Positions 26,721-39,290 are shown, counted from the first letter of the stretch. The stretch: 64,000 nucleotides of DNA from Octopus bimaculoides (GCF_001194135.2 NC_068982.1:192044700-192108699), one strand, 5' to 3'. Translations and numbers: made by a program. The notes: generated by a model from the sequence alone, not told the origin.

Positions 26721-27404
26721 TGAATGTGCTCTCTCCAACACAAGGATGAGAAAGCAGATAGATGTATAGAGCGTTATCAAACCACCTAGATGGCCTTTTC
26801 TCATTCATGTGTGTGTGAGTGTGTAGAGGATGCTGACGACTTTTTTTCCGAGCTTTAATGTCAACAATCTTTCCACAAAGATATATATTAAATGCATGAT
26901 GGCGCGCACGCACACGCACACACTCACACACACACACACACACACATACACTTGTATAAGGAATTTATGAATGCGTACACCTCTGCATTTCTTTATGTAT
27001 GTGAGTACGTACGTATATATGTATGCATGTTGTATGTAGGTATGCAATCATGCATGCATGTACATACGTACATATGCATATGTAATCCATGCATTTTCTC
27101 TGCATTTATTTGTAGCAAATGTTTAACATTGCATATTCTCTAACGATTTCACCTACGCCTCATTTTTAAGTAACTTTATATATACATCTACACACATGTT
27201 GTATAACCCCTTTGTTACATGTTTTCCTATGAATCAAAGATCCCTGGTCGCAAATAAATGTAAAGATTTAAATTCTATAATGTATTCTATGAAATAGGTT
27301 TTAATTTACACCTCAATGCCGAAGAGCTTTGCAACCCTACTTTCGAAATCTTTTGATCCTTTGATCTTTAACGTTTAAGAAAATATAATTTGCCGGCTGA
27401 CATT

Positions 27405-27480
27405 ATGGAACTTGTAACTCGAGGATACAGTGGCTTTGGAGTTGGCGTTTCTGCGATCGGTCATGTGAAAATTAGCGAAT
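27405..27480 (+). CDS. Candidate upstream first exon of the SLC27A gene (MELVTRGYSGFGVGVSAIGHVKISE)
   Basis: ATG in attATGG context, upstream in-frame TAA at 27369, donor T|gtaagc at 27481 in phase 1, which matches the phase of the 58070 acceptor. Lies in a CpG-rich region. No transcript evidence. Confidence 0.35.
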
Positions 27481-27847
27481 GTAAGCCAATAGTGGAAACC
27501 CATGATAGCTTCATACATTTACAAATGTATATTGAGAAAATATAGTATTTCCTTGCGTTCAGTAACTGGAAAAGTGTATGGCGGTAATATGTGGTTACAA
27601 CAGGGAATTTCTTTGCTGCGTAATAATATTTATGCGAACATTTTCACGAATTATTTTTATGAGCACAAATACAGAATCGACTAAGGTGAAGGAGTATAAA
27701 ATACGGTGTGTTCTGCATTTGTATGCAAAATATAGAACATTTACATCCGTAAGACCAAGAAATATCTATTTTCATTGTCATATACTTTTATGGCTTTCAC
27801 AATGGTGGCTTGTTTTCCATTATCACATCTCTTTACGTATCTGTCTG

Positions 27848-27896
<49 letters not shown>

Positions 27897-28296
27897 ATAT
27901 ATCTATTTACATAACTATTGCTCTCTCCGTATATTCTTTCTCTTTTTTCCAGCGCATCGCTTCTTTTTCCATTTATCCCTTTCTCTTCCACCCACCTGAT
28001 ACTTATTGCCTCTTTTCGCTCCACTTTCTCATTCCTGTTTCAGTCATTTATCATTGTGCTTGCTGTGTTTTCCTTCCCAACACTTGACTCTGTTGAGGAT
28101 AGCATTTAGTTCTTTAAGGTCGTTCACTTTTTGTCATCTGATCAATAAACTGATTGAATAAACCGATCAATAAATGAAACGATAATGATAATCGGAAACA
28201 GTTGTAAGTCGAATTTATTGTTCTATATTTAAGAGACGAGGAACTATGTACATTATTTACATTTGACGGATATTTGTCCTCATCTTGTTTGCTGTT

Positions 28297-28342
28297 AACA
28301 CAAGGTTTCGGCTGATATACTCTCCAGCCTTCTTCAGGTGTC
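28297..28342 (-). ncRNA. Minimal hammerhead motif, family A, stem III mutated
   Basis: Same as family A but GAAAC-CUU, so the C15.2-G16.2 pair is lost; probably inactive. Confidence 0.5.
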
Positions 28343-28410
28343 TTGGGGAAATTTCCGGCCTGGGTTCTCATTTATTACAATAAAAGAATATGACCATCAT
28401 TTATACCTGG

Positions 28411-28444
<34 letters not shown>

Positions 28445-28683
28445 NNNNNNNNNNNNNNNNNNNNNNNNNNNNNNNNNNNNNNNNNNNNNNNNNNNNNNNN
28501 NNNNNNNNNNNNNNNNNNNNNNNNNNNNNNNNNNNNNNNNNNNNNNNNNNNNNNNNNNNNNNNNNNNNNNNNNNNNNNNNNNNNNNNNNNNNNNNNNNNN
28601 NNNNNNNNNNNNNNNNNNNNNNNNNNNNNNNNNNNCCATCTGGCATTAGTTTTCTATGGAAAAATACAGTCGAATACTCTTGG

Positions 28684-28726
<43 letters not shown>

Positions 28727-29082
28727 GTATCGGTATCTGTAATTTAATACCGTACAGATATATCCTTAGGGTGGTGAACTGATTTCTCATTCTATCAACT
28801 CAAGTCTCTTTGACGATGGGAGGTTGGCGATCTGTGCACGTGCGCACACCCAACTAGCACTAAGCGTACACTAAATTGCAGCGTTCATGTGTCACATATA
28901 CTTCAAACCACGCAAACCTGCAGCAGGCCTGAACCTTCATCGGATATATCGTGGACGGTCGGTGAGAACTGCCATTGACAACGATGCAGTACAAAGTGAT
29001 GTCGATCGTCTCTTAAGATGGCGCAATCACTATGCCTACATACATACATACATACATAGATATATGCATCCATGCATGCATG

Positions 29083-29462
29083 TTGGCACTCCGTCGCTCT
29101 CGACGTCGAGGGTTCCAGTTGATCCGATCAACGGAACAGCCTGCTCGTGAAATTAACGTGCAAGTGGCTGAGTACTCCACAGACACGTGTACCCTTAACG
29201 TAGTTCTCGGGGATATTCAGCGTGACACAGTGTGACAAGGCTGACCCTTTGAATTACAGGCACAACAGAAACAGGAAGTAAGAGTGAGAGAACGTTGTGG
29301 TGAAAAAGTACAGCAGGGTTTGCCACCATCCCCTACCGGAGCCTCGTGGAGCTTTTTGGTGTTTTCGCTCAATAAACACTCACAATGCCCGGTCTGGGAA
29401 TCGAAACCGCGATCCTATGACCGCGAGTCGGCTGCCCTAACCACTGGGCCATTGCCCCTCCA
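29083..29462 (-). mobile_element. tRNA(Arg)-like SINE family S3, about 385 bp; other copies 10840-11224(-) and 51335-51716(+)
   Basis: Head ggcccagtggttagggcagc.gactcgcggtcataggatcgcggtttcgattccc resembles tRNA-Arg; three alignable full-length copies. Consistent with the OR-type SINEs described for octopus (not verified). Confidence 0.85.
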
Positions 29463-29970
29463 NNNNNNNNNNNNNNNNNNNNNNNNNNNNNNNNNNNNNN
29501 NNNNNNNNNNNNNNNNNNNNNNNNNNNNNNNNNNNNNNNNNNNNNNNNNNNNNNNNNNNNNNNNNNNNNNNNNNNNNNNNNNNNNNNNNNNNNNNNNNNN
29601 NNNNNNNNNNNNNNNNNNNNNNNNNNNNNNNNNNNNNNNNNNNNNNNNNNNNNNNNNNNNNNNNNNNNNNNNNNNNNNNNNNNNNNNNNNNNNNNNNNNN
29701 NNNNNNNNNNNNNNNNNNNNNNNNNNNNNNNNNNNNNNNNNNNNNNNNNNNNNNNNNNNNNNNNNNNNNNNNNNNNNNNNNNNNNNNNNNNNNNNNNNNN
29801 NNNNNNNNNNNNNNNNNNNNNNNNNNNNNNNNNNNNNNNNNNNNNNNNNNNNNNNNNNNNNNNNNNNNNNNNNNNNNNNNNNNNNNNNNNNNNNNNNNNN
29901 NNNNNNNNNNNNNNNNNNNNNNNNNNNNNNNNNNNNNNNNNNNNNNNNNNNNNNNNNNNNNNNNNNNNNN

Positions 29971-31143
29971 CTCACCTAGGCATGTTATGACTTTCAAGCC
30001 ACATTTGGTCTTCCCGCTTCAGCCATATATAGAAGCTGGCTTTTTCGACCGCCTCCTGTATCCTCCTTATCAGTTTTCTCAGTTCCAAACTTGAAAACGC
30101 AAATCTTCTCTTGAATAGCGCTGTCAGTTTCCTTTCAATGAAGCCTCTAGCCCCCACTGCCAGATGGTAGTACTCGACAGTCCATCCCTGTTCTCTGCAC
30201 TCTTCGATTAGTTTCTCGTATCTCTTCTCCTTTCGTTTCTCTGCATTGTCGATGTTTTCTTCCCATGGTACTGTCAGTTCTAGCAAGATTCCTATTCTCC
30301 GTTCTGTGTTCCATATGACTAAGTCTGGTCTTTTTGTTGTTTTTATAAGTGGAAAAATTGCTAGACTTCCCAAATCCGTGGCCAGCTCCCAGTATCCCTT
30401 CCATCTTTCGTCTATCTCGTATATTTTATTTGGCGGCCTGGCCTTATGTCCTTTTCCCTCCTTCTGGAAGTATATTTTCCTGTGTTTTTCCACTTTGGGG
30501 TACTCTCCCCTATTGTATCCCTCAATCTTCTCCTTGAGTGCTGCGCTAATGATGCCGAGGACTTGATTATGGCGCCATGTATACCTTTCTAGTGCTAGTC
30601 TGCAGCTTGACAGAACGTGTCTCACGGTCGCCTTCTCTCCGCATCCACATTCATCGGTTGTTTTTATGTTCCATCGGACTAAGTTCGCTGGTGAGGGTAG
30701 AACGTCGAAGGTAGACTTGATCAGGAAGGCTGTTCTTGCTTATTCCCAAGCCCAAAGTTCCTTCCATGAGATTCTGCGACTGATCACGTATTCCTCCCAT
30801 CTCAGGCACTGCCCCTGTTGACTATATTGCACCAAATGTACATTCGCCTTTCTTCTTCCTCCTTTCTCACTTCGTGTACTACTGCCTCTTTCATCTCTTT
30901 TACACTGCTCTTGCAAAATGGCCTGAAATTGCGCGTCCCTAGGCCGGCTCTTGCTTCTTGCGTTGCTCCAACTATATCGGCATGTCTTAGTATTCCGATC
31001 GCCCTGTTTACTGCTTCTTCCGCATTCCATTTCCTCCCTGTTCGTACCTTTGGAGGGTTTTCTCGGATGCTCTGATCTTTTGAATACCTTAGCATCATTA
31101 CTGTCCTCGCCTTTCCTGCTTTATATTCTTCGGTGATTGTATT
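29971..31143 (-). mobile_element. HERO-like (R2-group, RLE-type) non-LTR retrotransposon, 5'-truncated 3' fragment
   Basis: Motifs VRTGRKWNAEEAV...RHADIVGATQEARAGLG, FLIKSTFDVLPSPANL.RW, CCHC knuckle ECGCGEKATVRHVLSSC, RYTWRHNQVL, and RLE RPDLVIW...LELTVPWEENI...VGARGF...EAVEKASFYIWLKR. Only one stop and one frameshift in about 1.15 kb. Confidence 0.85.
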
Positions 31144-31286
31144 CAATATATTCCCATCTCAGATTTACACACCTATTGAAGAGGTCCTACACTTTGTCTA
31201 AGCTCCGTAAAAAGACTCAGAAAGTGGGCCTTCGGCCAAGCCTGTGGCGATATCCTTTAAGCTAGGAATTATTCAGTACTCCCTCG
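31140..31286 (-). mobile_element. Mariner-derived MITE, one end (interrupted by the HERO-like insertion)
   Basis: TA at 31287-31288 followed on minus by CGAGGGAGTACTGAATAATTCC (mariner-type TIR), then a decayed transposase C-terminus (LDKV*DLFNRCVNLRWEYIE). Confidence 0.6.
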
Positions 31287-32380
31287 TATATGTTATATTA
31301 AGGAAATGTTGTTCGCTTGTTCTTACATACACATACAGACATATATCATATTGTATTTCAGTATGTGGCTTAATTGTATTTTAGAGTACCTCTTCCAATT
31401 TCTGATATGCATGCATCATTCTATACTTTATCGCTCTTAAATACATTCAGCATTTTTTTTTTTGCCCCTTGACTAATCATTATGAACAAATAAAAATATT
31501 TTCCGAGATAGCTGTAAAATATTTATTCTAATAAGTACAGGAGCAACTCATTTCCGTAAATTAATATTTAAATTCTGTTATTAATGTTAATATCGAAAAT
31601 TTAGGCACACTTAATTATTATTTGCATTGCAAATTTAGATTGTCTCTGTTTTTGAAATTTCCGCCATATTTGAATAACGCTGGCATTGCAAGGACACTGG
31701 CTTTGCACGAATTGGACAAAACAGGAATTGCTTTTAATTATTCGAGTATCATCGTAAAGTATAGTGTTACCCGTATGATTATGAAGAGAATCTTTGAAAG
31801 TAAACTTTAGCCACCATGAGAAATATATCAATTAATATATCAATTAATATGATAATTATAATTTAACTTTTATGATACTTTTTGGTGCTAATGCAACTGA
31901 TGAAAAGAATACTGCTTTTCAAAAGAAAATATTAATTACCCTCAAATTTCTCATTTGTGTAACTCTCTCCAAAACAACGGCATCTTTTATTCCTATTTCT
32001 TCCCCTCCTTCTGCTCCTCTTCTTTCTTCTCCCCTCCTTCTCTTTCCATGTCTTTATGATCTTCCTCTATCATTCTGAGTGCCTGCCGCCAAGCCTAGTG
32101 TATACCTTCATCCTGTAAATCTTACTCTCAAAATTTCTCTTTTATTCGCTTTCTCTTTCTCTCTCTCCCCACCTCGGGACAGCAGACATCAAACAAGTAC
32201 CTATTATTATATAGAGAGAATATCGCTCTAAATTAATTATCTATTATGTGTGTGGGCTGAGTAAGTACACAATTAGATATGAATAGAATTCTTATCCTAA
32301 AATGAAACAAGAGAGAAAAGAACATTCCAATCATATTAAGCAACGGTATACCTACTTTTGAAGGCACCTATACACGCGCA

Positions 32381-32454
<74 letters not shown>

Positions 32455-32465
32455 GAATTTATATG

Positions 32466-32506
<41 letters not shown>

Positions 32507-32877
32507 TTATATATAAATATATAGAAAGAGAGAGAGAGACACACACATATACATACACACGTCATTTAGTGATTTATTTGTTTCAGTCATTTGACTGCGG
32601 CCATGCTGAAGCAGCGCCTTTAGCTGAACAAATCTTTCCCAGGACTTATTGTTTGTAAGCGTAGTACTTATTCTATCGGTCAGTTTTGCTGAACCGCTAA
32701 GTTATGGGGGTCTTAAACACACCAACATCGGTTGTCAAATGATTGCGGGGTGAAAATCGCAGACATAGACACAAATATATATATATATAGTTGGAATTTA
32801 CAAAAAACAAAAGAGGAAGAAAGCTGTGCAAACAACAAACAGGTGTATTTGTTTAACGCTCAGTAATATGAAAAAGG

Positions 32878-32913
32878 TCTTTACGTTTCGAGCCTACGCT
32901 CTTCAGCAGAAAG
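32878..32913 (-). ncRNA. Minimal hammerhead-like motif, family B (A6C core variant)
   Basis: CUUU-CUGCUGA-A-GAGC-GUAG-GCUC-GAAAC-GUA^AAGA. Confidence 0.5.
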
Positions 32914-33838
32914 GAACACGAGAGAATAAACAGAGAGAATAAAAACTGAAAGCTATAGTAGCTAGCTGTCAATCATGGTGATGGCCGGACAAAGGTGGGC
33001 ATACGACGGGTTCCTTTCAGTTTGCATCTACCAAATCCACTCACAAGTCTTTAGTCGGTCTGATGCTACAGTTGAAGACACTTACTCAAGGTGACCCGCA
33101 GTGGAACTGAGCCCGGAATCATGTAGTTTGGAAGTATGTATGGCGTCGGTTCAAGCAGGAGCGGTCTCACACAGCCATTGCAGCATTTTCGCTGTGTACT
33201 GGAATCAAATTCCGGCGAGGCCTACTTTCATCTTGTCGAGGTGTATGAAATAACTTTCCATTCTTCCAACATCGATGAAATAATTTATTGGAACATATCA
33301 ACGAAAAAATTTATTGGAACCCAGCCAAGGTAATTACGTATGTTAAATACATTTATAATTATCATCATCATTATATACGTGTAAACAGCATGAGTGACAA
33401 CATACGTCAGTTTCTTTTTTGTTGTTACATCTTTTTCTTTAATGATGTTCTTATATAATTAAACGTGAACCATCCCCGCACGGAAATTAGGCATTTTATC
33501 AATACTATTCCACTGAGGTCAGCATAATATTGCTCCACCGTTTGGTTGAATTAAAATATAGGTGAGAACACAATTCGTTAGAAATTCGTAAAATAATTAG
33601 CAAGTTATGTTTATCCAATTGTTATTCAAAATTCTAGTGACACAGTTTTAGTTCATAAGTGACTTTAAATTCTATTTTCGACATTTTGCTATTGTTTCCA
33701 CGAAAATAAATTAATAATGAAAATTTAGCGCGTGCATGCGCGCGTGTGTGCCTGTATGTGTGTACGTCAGGGCGAGTATATGCATGTGTGTGTGCGTGTA
33801 TACATACAGCTAGATATATGCACAAACATATATGTATA

Positions 33839-33917
<79 letters not shown>

Positions 33918-34589
33918 ATTCGTGTTATTCACACTACATGCGCGCACACACACACACACACACGCACACACACACACGCACATATATATATATATATATA
34001 TATATGCATGTGTGTGTGCTTGTGTATGTATATGTGTGTATGTCGTTACATATGAGTGTATGTAGGGAGGGAAAAATTAAAATGAGACATTTGATACTAA
34101 ACTTCCAGTAGTCCAAGTATTCTATACCATAATACATCGTGTGTGTGTGTGTGTATGTGTGTGTGTGTGTGTCTGTGTGCCCTACGTAGCATATTTATAA
34201 TACTATGTAAGTATAGCAGAATGGCCGGTTCCGTTTACGCTTGTGTACGAGGGTGCATGTATGAATACATGTTAGATTCAAACGCCTAGGAAAGCGCATT
34301 CAATGCATATAATATAGATGCCATTGCTTTCACAGGTTTCTAATTAGTGAATAAACTTCATGACTAGATCAATTAAGAATTGCTTTGTGAATTAATTGCT
34401 TCAGCAGGTATGTGGGCGTGCGTAAATATGTGTGCATTTAAGTGCGTACACATATACATACATATATACATACATGCATATATATATATATATGCATATA
34501 TATTATATATATATATTATTACATGCATATATATCCATGTATCTACATATGTATGTATGTATGTATGTATATATATATATATATATATA

Positions 34590-35085
34590 TGGGAGAATAT
34601 ACAAATAACAACAGACGAGGACAGGTGGTGTAAATAACAAAAGGATATATTAGTATGACGCTCGGGAATACGGAAAGTCTTTGACGTTTCGAGCTACGCT
34701 CTTCAACAGAAAGAATACGGAGACAAGGAGAAAAACACGGAGAAAAAAAATTGACTAGTGTTCAGTCAACGGTCAATCATAATAATGGCCGATCATAAGA
34801 ATGGCTGACCGGGAGTTAGAAATTCTTTTTTTCAGGAGAGCTAAGAAAGGGGGAGATAACAAACGGTGATCGGGAACGAGGGGCTGTGTGTGGGAGGTAG
34901 AATGCTGGTGATCTTGACGTATGTAGTGTGAAAATGGGGAAGGGAGAAAGGGAGAAAGTAGTTGGTCAGTTGTAGTGTGTGCGTGGTGTGATGCGAGGGT
35001 ATTGGTGTGGTGTGATATGAGGGTGTTGGGAGGTGGGGAAGGCATGGGTGGAGTGTGGGTTAGGCTGCGGGTGGGGTAGAGGAAT
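34590..35085 (-). mobile_element. Probable PLE pLTR/3' UTR fragment (family B); related pieces at about 32790-32995 and 17662-17870
   Basis: Pyrimidine-rich UTR leading into the hammerhead-like motif and ending at a (TA)n tract; two copies share sequence. Confidence 0.55.
34678..34714 (-). ncRNA. Minimal hammerhead-like motif, family B (A6U core variant)
   Basis: UCUUU-CUGUUGA-A-GAGC-GUA-GCUC-GAAAC-GUC^AAAGA. Confidence 0.55.
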
Positions 35086-36040
35086 GTTGTCTGCCTTTAC
35101 GTTCTGACTTCCAATTCCACTGGAGTCGACTTTGCCTTACATCTTTTCACGACGGATAGAATCAGGAGCAGTTGAGCACCGGGACCGATTTAATCGACTA
35201 GCCCCTCCCTGAAGCCTGTTGCTTCTCTACCAAAATTTGAAACCAATATTGGTCTCAAATTTTGGAACCAGGTCAGCAGTTTCGGTAGAGAGGCAAAGTC
35301 GATTACATCGATTCCCAGTAATTATTTTATCGACCCCGAAAAGATGAAAAACAAAATTTACGTGGGTTGCCTTTTCAACCCAGAAGGTAACGACAAACAA
35401 AATGCCGCTAAGTTTTTTGCCCGGCGTGCTAACGATTCTGCCAACTCACCACCTCGAATTCAGAACTACTATTAAGAAATAAAATATATCAACCCCAACT
35501 AATCTATACAGCAGAGATTATAGTCAGCAAAGGACACGTGTTGTAACATTGATATATTTAAAGGCACTTCTTTATACACATATGTATAAGAACTAAAATT
35601 ATAATATTTAAATTTCCCTATAGATATATTTTATGGTTTCGATTAGGCATAGCGATACTAATGAGCAGTTCTTTGAACTCAATATACATATGCTTTAGAG
35701 TTCTGTTTTCCAGACTCTCCCTGTTAGTGACACACTTTTTAAACATACATAATTTAGCGACACACCAGTTTTATACACACTTAACATTAGTTATTTTAAC
35801 ATGATCTACCATGGCTATTAGATGCCGATGCATAAATTAAATTTAATAGCGGAACATGTTGAGAAAACCTTTCATTTATATTTTATAAATATATAATTTG
35901 TGAACAAATTTAAATTCATTTTCTAGAAAAATAAGTTATCATTTATCGATAATAATCTGTAAATATGTGCAACGATTAATAAAAAACAAGCATTTTCAAG
36001 TTTCCATATTTCGATGCCTTTAAGTTAAACATTACTGAAA

Positions 36041-38249
36041 AGGTGCTTCGCAAATGTATGTAGTAGAAAACTGCAAAAGAATTTGTAAAGCATTTATTTA
36101 GTTTCGTTCAGATACTTCTCCGAAACACGAATCCAAAAGATCTGTAAGTTCCCCTCTTCGTAAACTAATAACAGACGCCGATCATTCTTGATTTCAGCTA
36201 GTTGTTCTTCGGTAAGTGAAAAATCAACGGTTGTAGTTGCAAGAAATGGATTTCTGATCCAATCGTAGTTTTGGATTTCAATATTTGGAAAATGATAATC
36301 GAGTTTTTCTCTAAGCAATGTTAAATGGTCAGCAATAAACGAACTGAATTCACATTTTAGCTCGCACTCGCAAGTTTTGGAAAACATTTCAAAATTTCCG
36401 TATTTTATTTTGTTTCCAAATTGTTATCTTGTCTCGCATAGGACAAATTTTATAAGTCGATGTTTAGATAGTTGTCCGAAAGATATTTGGTGTTCCAAAG
36501 TTCGTCTTGAAACAGATCGTGGAATTAAAATTCTGTTGAGTTTAAGCATCATTTCTCTCAGCTCGTATACACGACAGAGCACACAACCTTTTGAAAGCCA
36601 ACAAACCTCAGTGTGTATTAGAAGTTTCTTGAAATTTGCTCCCATTTCTTCACAGATATGAGCACATAGTATTGGTTTAAGAGGACTACGCTTGATGTAA
36701 TTGATTATTTGATCAACTTCGTTTATAACTCTTCGTAAATCATCTCCAACAGTTTGCGCAATTAGTGCTTGGCAATGCAAAAAACGAGTAATAACAATAT
36801 TTGTATTCTCTTTTTTTGCCAATAGCTTACCATTGAAGGTGCGCCATCTGTGCATATTCTGACACAGTTATCCATTACAAATTATTTTCCTTCATGAAAG
36901 AATTTAAAGCTTGAAAATTGTCTTCACCTCTGGTTCTCTATGGAAGTTCTAGACAACGCGAGAATCAATCAATAATTCTGTCATTATAAATGAAACGTAT
37001 AAAAAGCATGAATAGTGTTAACCCACTAACATCTGTTAATAGGTCTCCTACAATGCAGACATCATGTTATCTTGAAAAATATCCTTCATTGGCAGCTTAA
37101 TGTCATCAGACATATCTTGGATTCGTTTTCCAATTTTATTAACTTTTATTAATCTCAAATTCGCGTCCAAACATTGTTCGAACAATAGTACAGAAAGATT
37201 CCTTAAAAGCAATGCTATGTCGTTTCTTATTTTAGGCAATTATTTGTTAAACCAAGTAACTTGCCTCGAGCTGTGTCTGATGTCTTCATTCTCTTTGTAA
37301 ACGTTGAAACCTGATTTTTCAAAGATTTTGAAAGTTCAATGAAGCATTCTACCAGATTTGTTCACAAATTTCCGTGCCTAATGCTGAAATGACGCTTTAA
37401 TTAGTTGGGTACCATACTTTGGTTTGCAAGTATATTCTCACAAACTAAACACACGGGACTAGGGTTGTTTTCATTTCCAGAAAATATAAAGCCCAGTTTT
37501 ATATAATCTTTTTTGTATAAACGAGGCTTAAAAGTTTTTCCTGTGCCCTTCTCAATCACTGATGCAGGTCGTTCAATAGTTGTTAAAATGGCTTCCTTCG
37601 TAGCTGTTAAATTCTGTTCATTGGAAACGTCATCTTCTGCAACTTTTCTTTTCTTAATTAAAACCTTATCCAGTTTATGGGCTATTTAATTACGATTTAT
37701 GAATAAAACTAAGCTGATTTATAATAGTTACGATAACTAAACATGTAATTAATATCACCAGCACTAAGGACGATAAAATTAGAAATGGCAAGTTGCACTT
37801 AATTAGAGGACCCAAATCCTAAGGCTAAGCCCGCGAGACTGATGAACAAGGGGCAGGTGTGGAATGAGTTTAATGTGATTTCATAATTATTAGTTCACGT
37901 TCAGTAATGCGTAATATTCGCTCACTAAAACATTTACGGCTTTGAACATTTTTAATCGATTTTCAATTTACTTCGGACAAGAGAATAGCGCTCGCAATAT
38001 GTTAATTCTTTTACACTGAATAAAATACAATGAAAATGAGCGTTATATAATGAAGATTACTTGCGCCTTTTCTCTATTTTTTTAAAATTTCGCCTCCAAA
38101 CATTAAGTGGGAAACGATAGCCTGTAGGTACATGCATTGGCATGCTCATTATGCTAACAAACAAATTCTGAAAAGCTGAATCAAATTGGTATTGGGTATT
38201 TTATATATTAGTTTCCCTATGTTTGCGGCACACCATTTGCGAAACACTC
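36041..38249 (-). mobile_element. hAT Buster/Charlie (ZBED5/SCAND3-like) DNA transposon, decayed and 3'-deleted
   Basis: Fragments KRIQDMSDDI, LHCQAL.A, NYIKRSPL, LLIHTEVCWLSKG.VL.RVYELR, YDWIRNPF and FWIRV, with stops and frameshifts. Imperfect TIRs aggtgcttcgcaaatg (36041) and catttgcgaaacactc (38234-38249). No matching 8-bp TSD. Confidence 0.85.
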
Positions 38250-38339
38250 CTATAGAGTAAAGTTTCAGAAGAGTACAGAGCATTATATTAATCCTCTCCA
38301 TTAGGTTACAGTCGTTTCTGCTATAACAAGCAGTGCACT

Positions 38340-38950
38340 TACAGCTAAGTCATGTAGCAGAGTCAATAAGCAGACAGTGTAGGAGAGAGAATAGTGATGT
38401 AGTAGGAGAGAAATGTGTTCGCATGGATGATGGTACGCTTGCTCTAAATGAGGCTGCAAAGAAAGAGGTCTGGAGAAGCCACTACGATAGATTGCTTAAT
38501 AAAGAGAATGAATGGGAGAAAGAGAGTCTGCCGTATGTTGATCCAACAGATGGACCAGCTATCCGAGTTGACAGTACCATGGTAGATAAAGCAATTAAGA
38601 GAATGAAGACAGGGAAAGCCCCCGGCCCATCAGGAATCACTGCAGAGATGCTCAAAATATATGGCAGTGTCGGCTATAGCCTAGTCACCCATATTACGAA
38701 CCAGGTGATACACGAAGGAGTCATACCCAATGACTAGTGTAGCAGCACCATAATCAACTGCTACAAAGATAAAGGTGATGCTTTAGATACAAATAATTAC
38801 AGAGGTATCAAACTTTTAGATCAGGTAATGAAAGTCACGGAGAGGGTAATAGCTCAACTGCTTAGGGAGCGAGTCAGCTTAGATGAGATGCAGTTTGGGT
38901 TTGTGCCTGGGAAAGGCACCACTGATGCTATATTTCTGGTAAGACAGCTT
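38340..38950 (+). mobile_element. RTE-clade LINE, RT N-terminal fragment
   Basis: KAIKRMKTGKAPGPSGITAEMLK, YRGIKLLDQVMKVTERVI, QFGFVPGKGTTDAIFLVRQL; ends abruptly at the 62-bp array. Confidence 0.9.
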
Positions 38951-39190
38951 CGAGTGACATCGTTGCCAGTGCCCCTGGACTGGCTCATGTGCGGGAGACA
39001 AATGAAGTCTTTCGAGCGGGATCGATGCCAGTGCCACTGGACTGGCTCTTTTGCGGGAGACAAATGAAATTTTTCGAGCGGGATCGATGCCAGTGCCCCT
39101 CGACTGGCTCTTGTGCGGGAGACACATGACGATTTTTCGTGCGAGATCGTTGCCGGTGTCCCTGGACTGGCTCATGTGCGGGTGACACAT
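38951..39190 (+). repeat. 62-63 bp minisatellite (about 4 units, runs into a gap), homologous to the RTE 3' UTR repeat
   Basis: Unit starts at 38951, 39013, 39075 and 39138. Core gatcgttgccagtgcccctggactggctc.tgtgcggg also occurs at 40327-40440. Confidence 0.9.
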
Positions 39191-39290
39191 NNNNNNNNNN
39201 NNNNNNNNNNNNNNNNNNNNNNNNNNNNNNNNNNNNNNNNNNNNNNNNNNNNNNNNNNNNNNNNNNNNNNNNNNNNNNNNNNNNNNNNNN

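Noticed and set aside
28940-29030. CR1-like RT fragment (AVQSDVDRLLRW)
   Set aside because: Too short for a supported call.
38951-39190. CRISPR-like array
   Set aside because: Units are contiguous with no unique spacers, match an RTE 3' UTR, and the context is eukaryotic.
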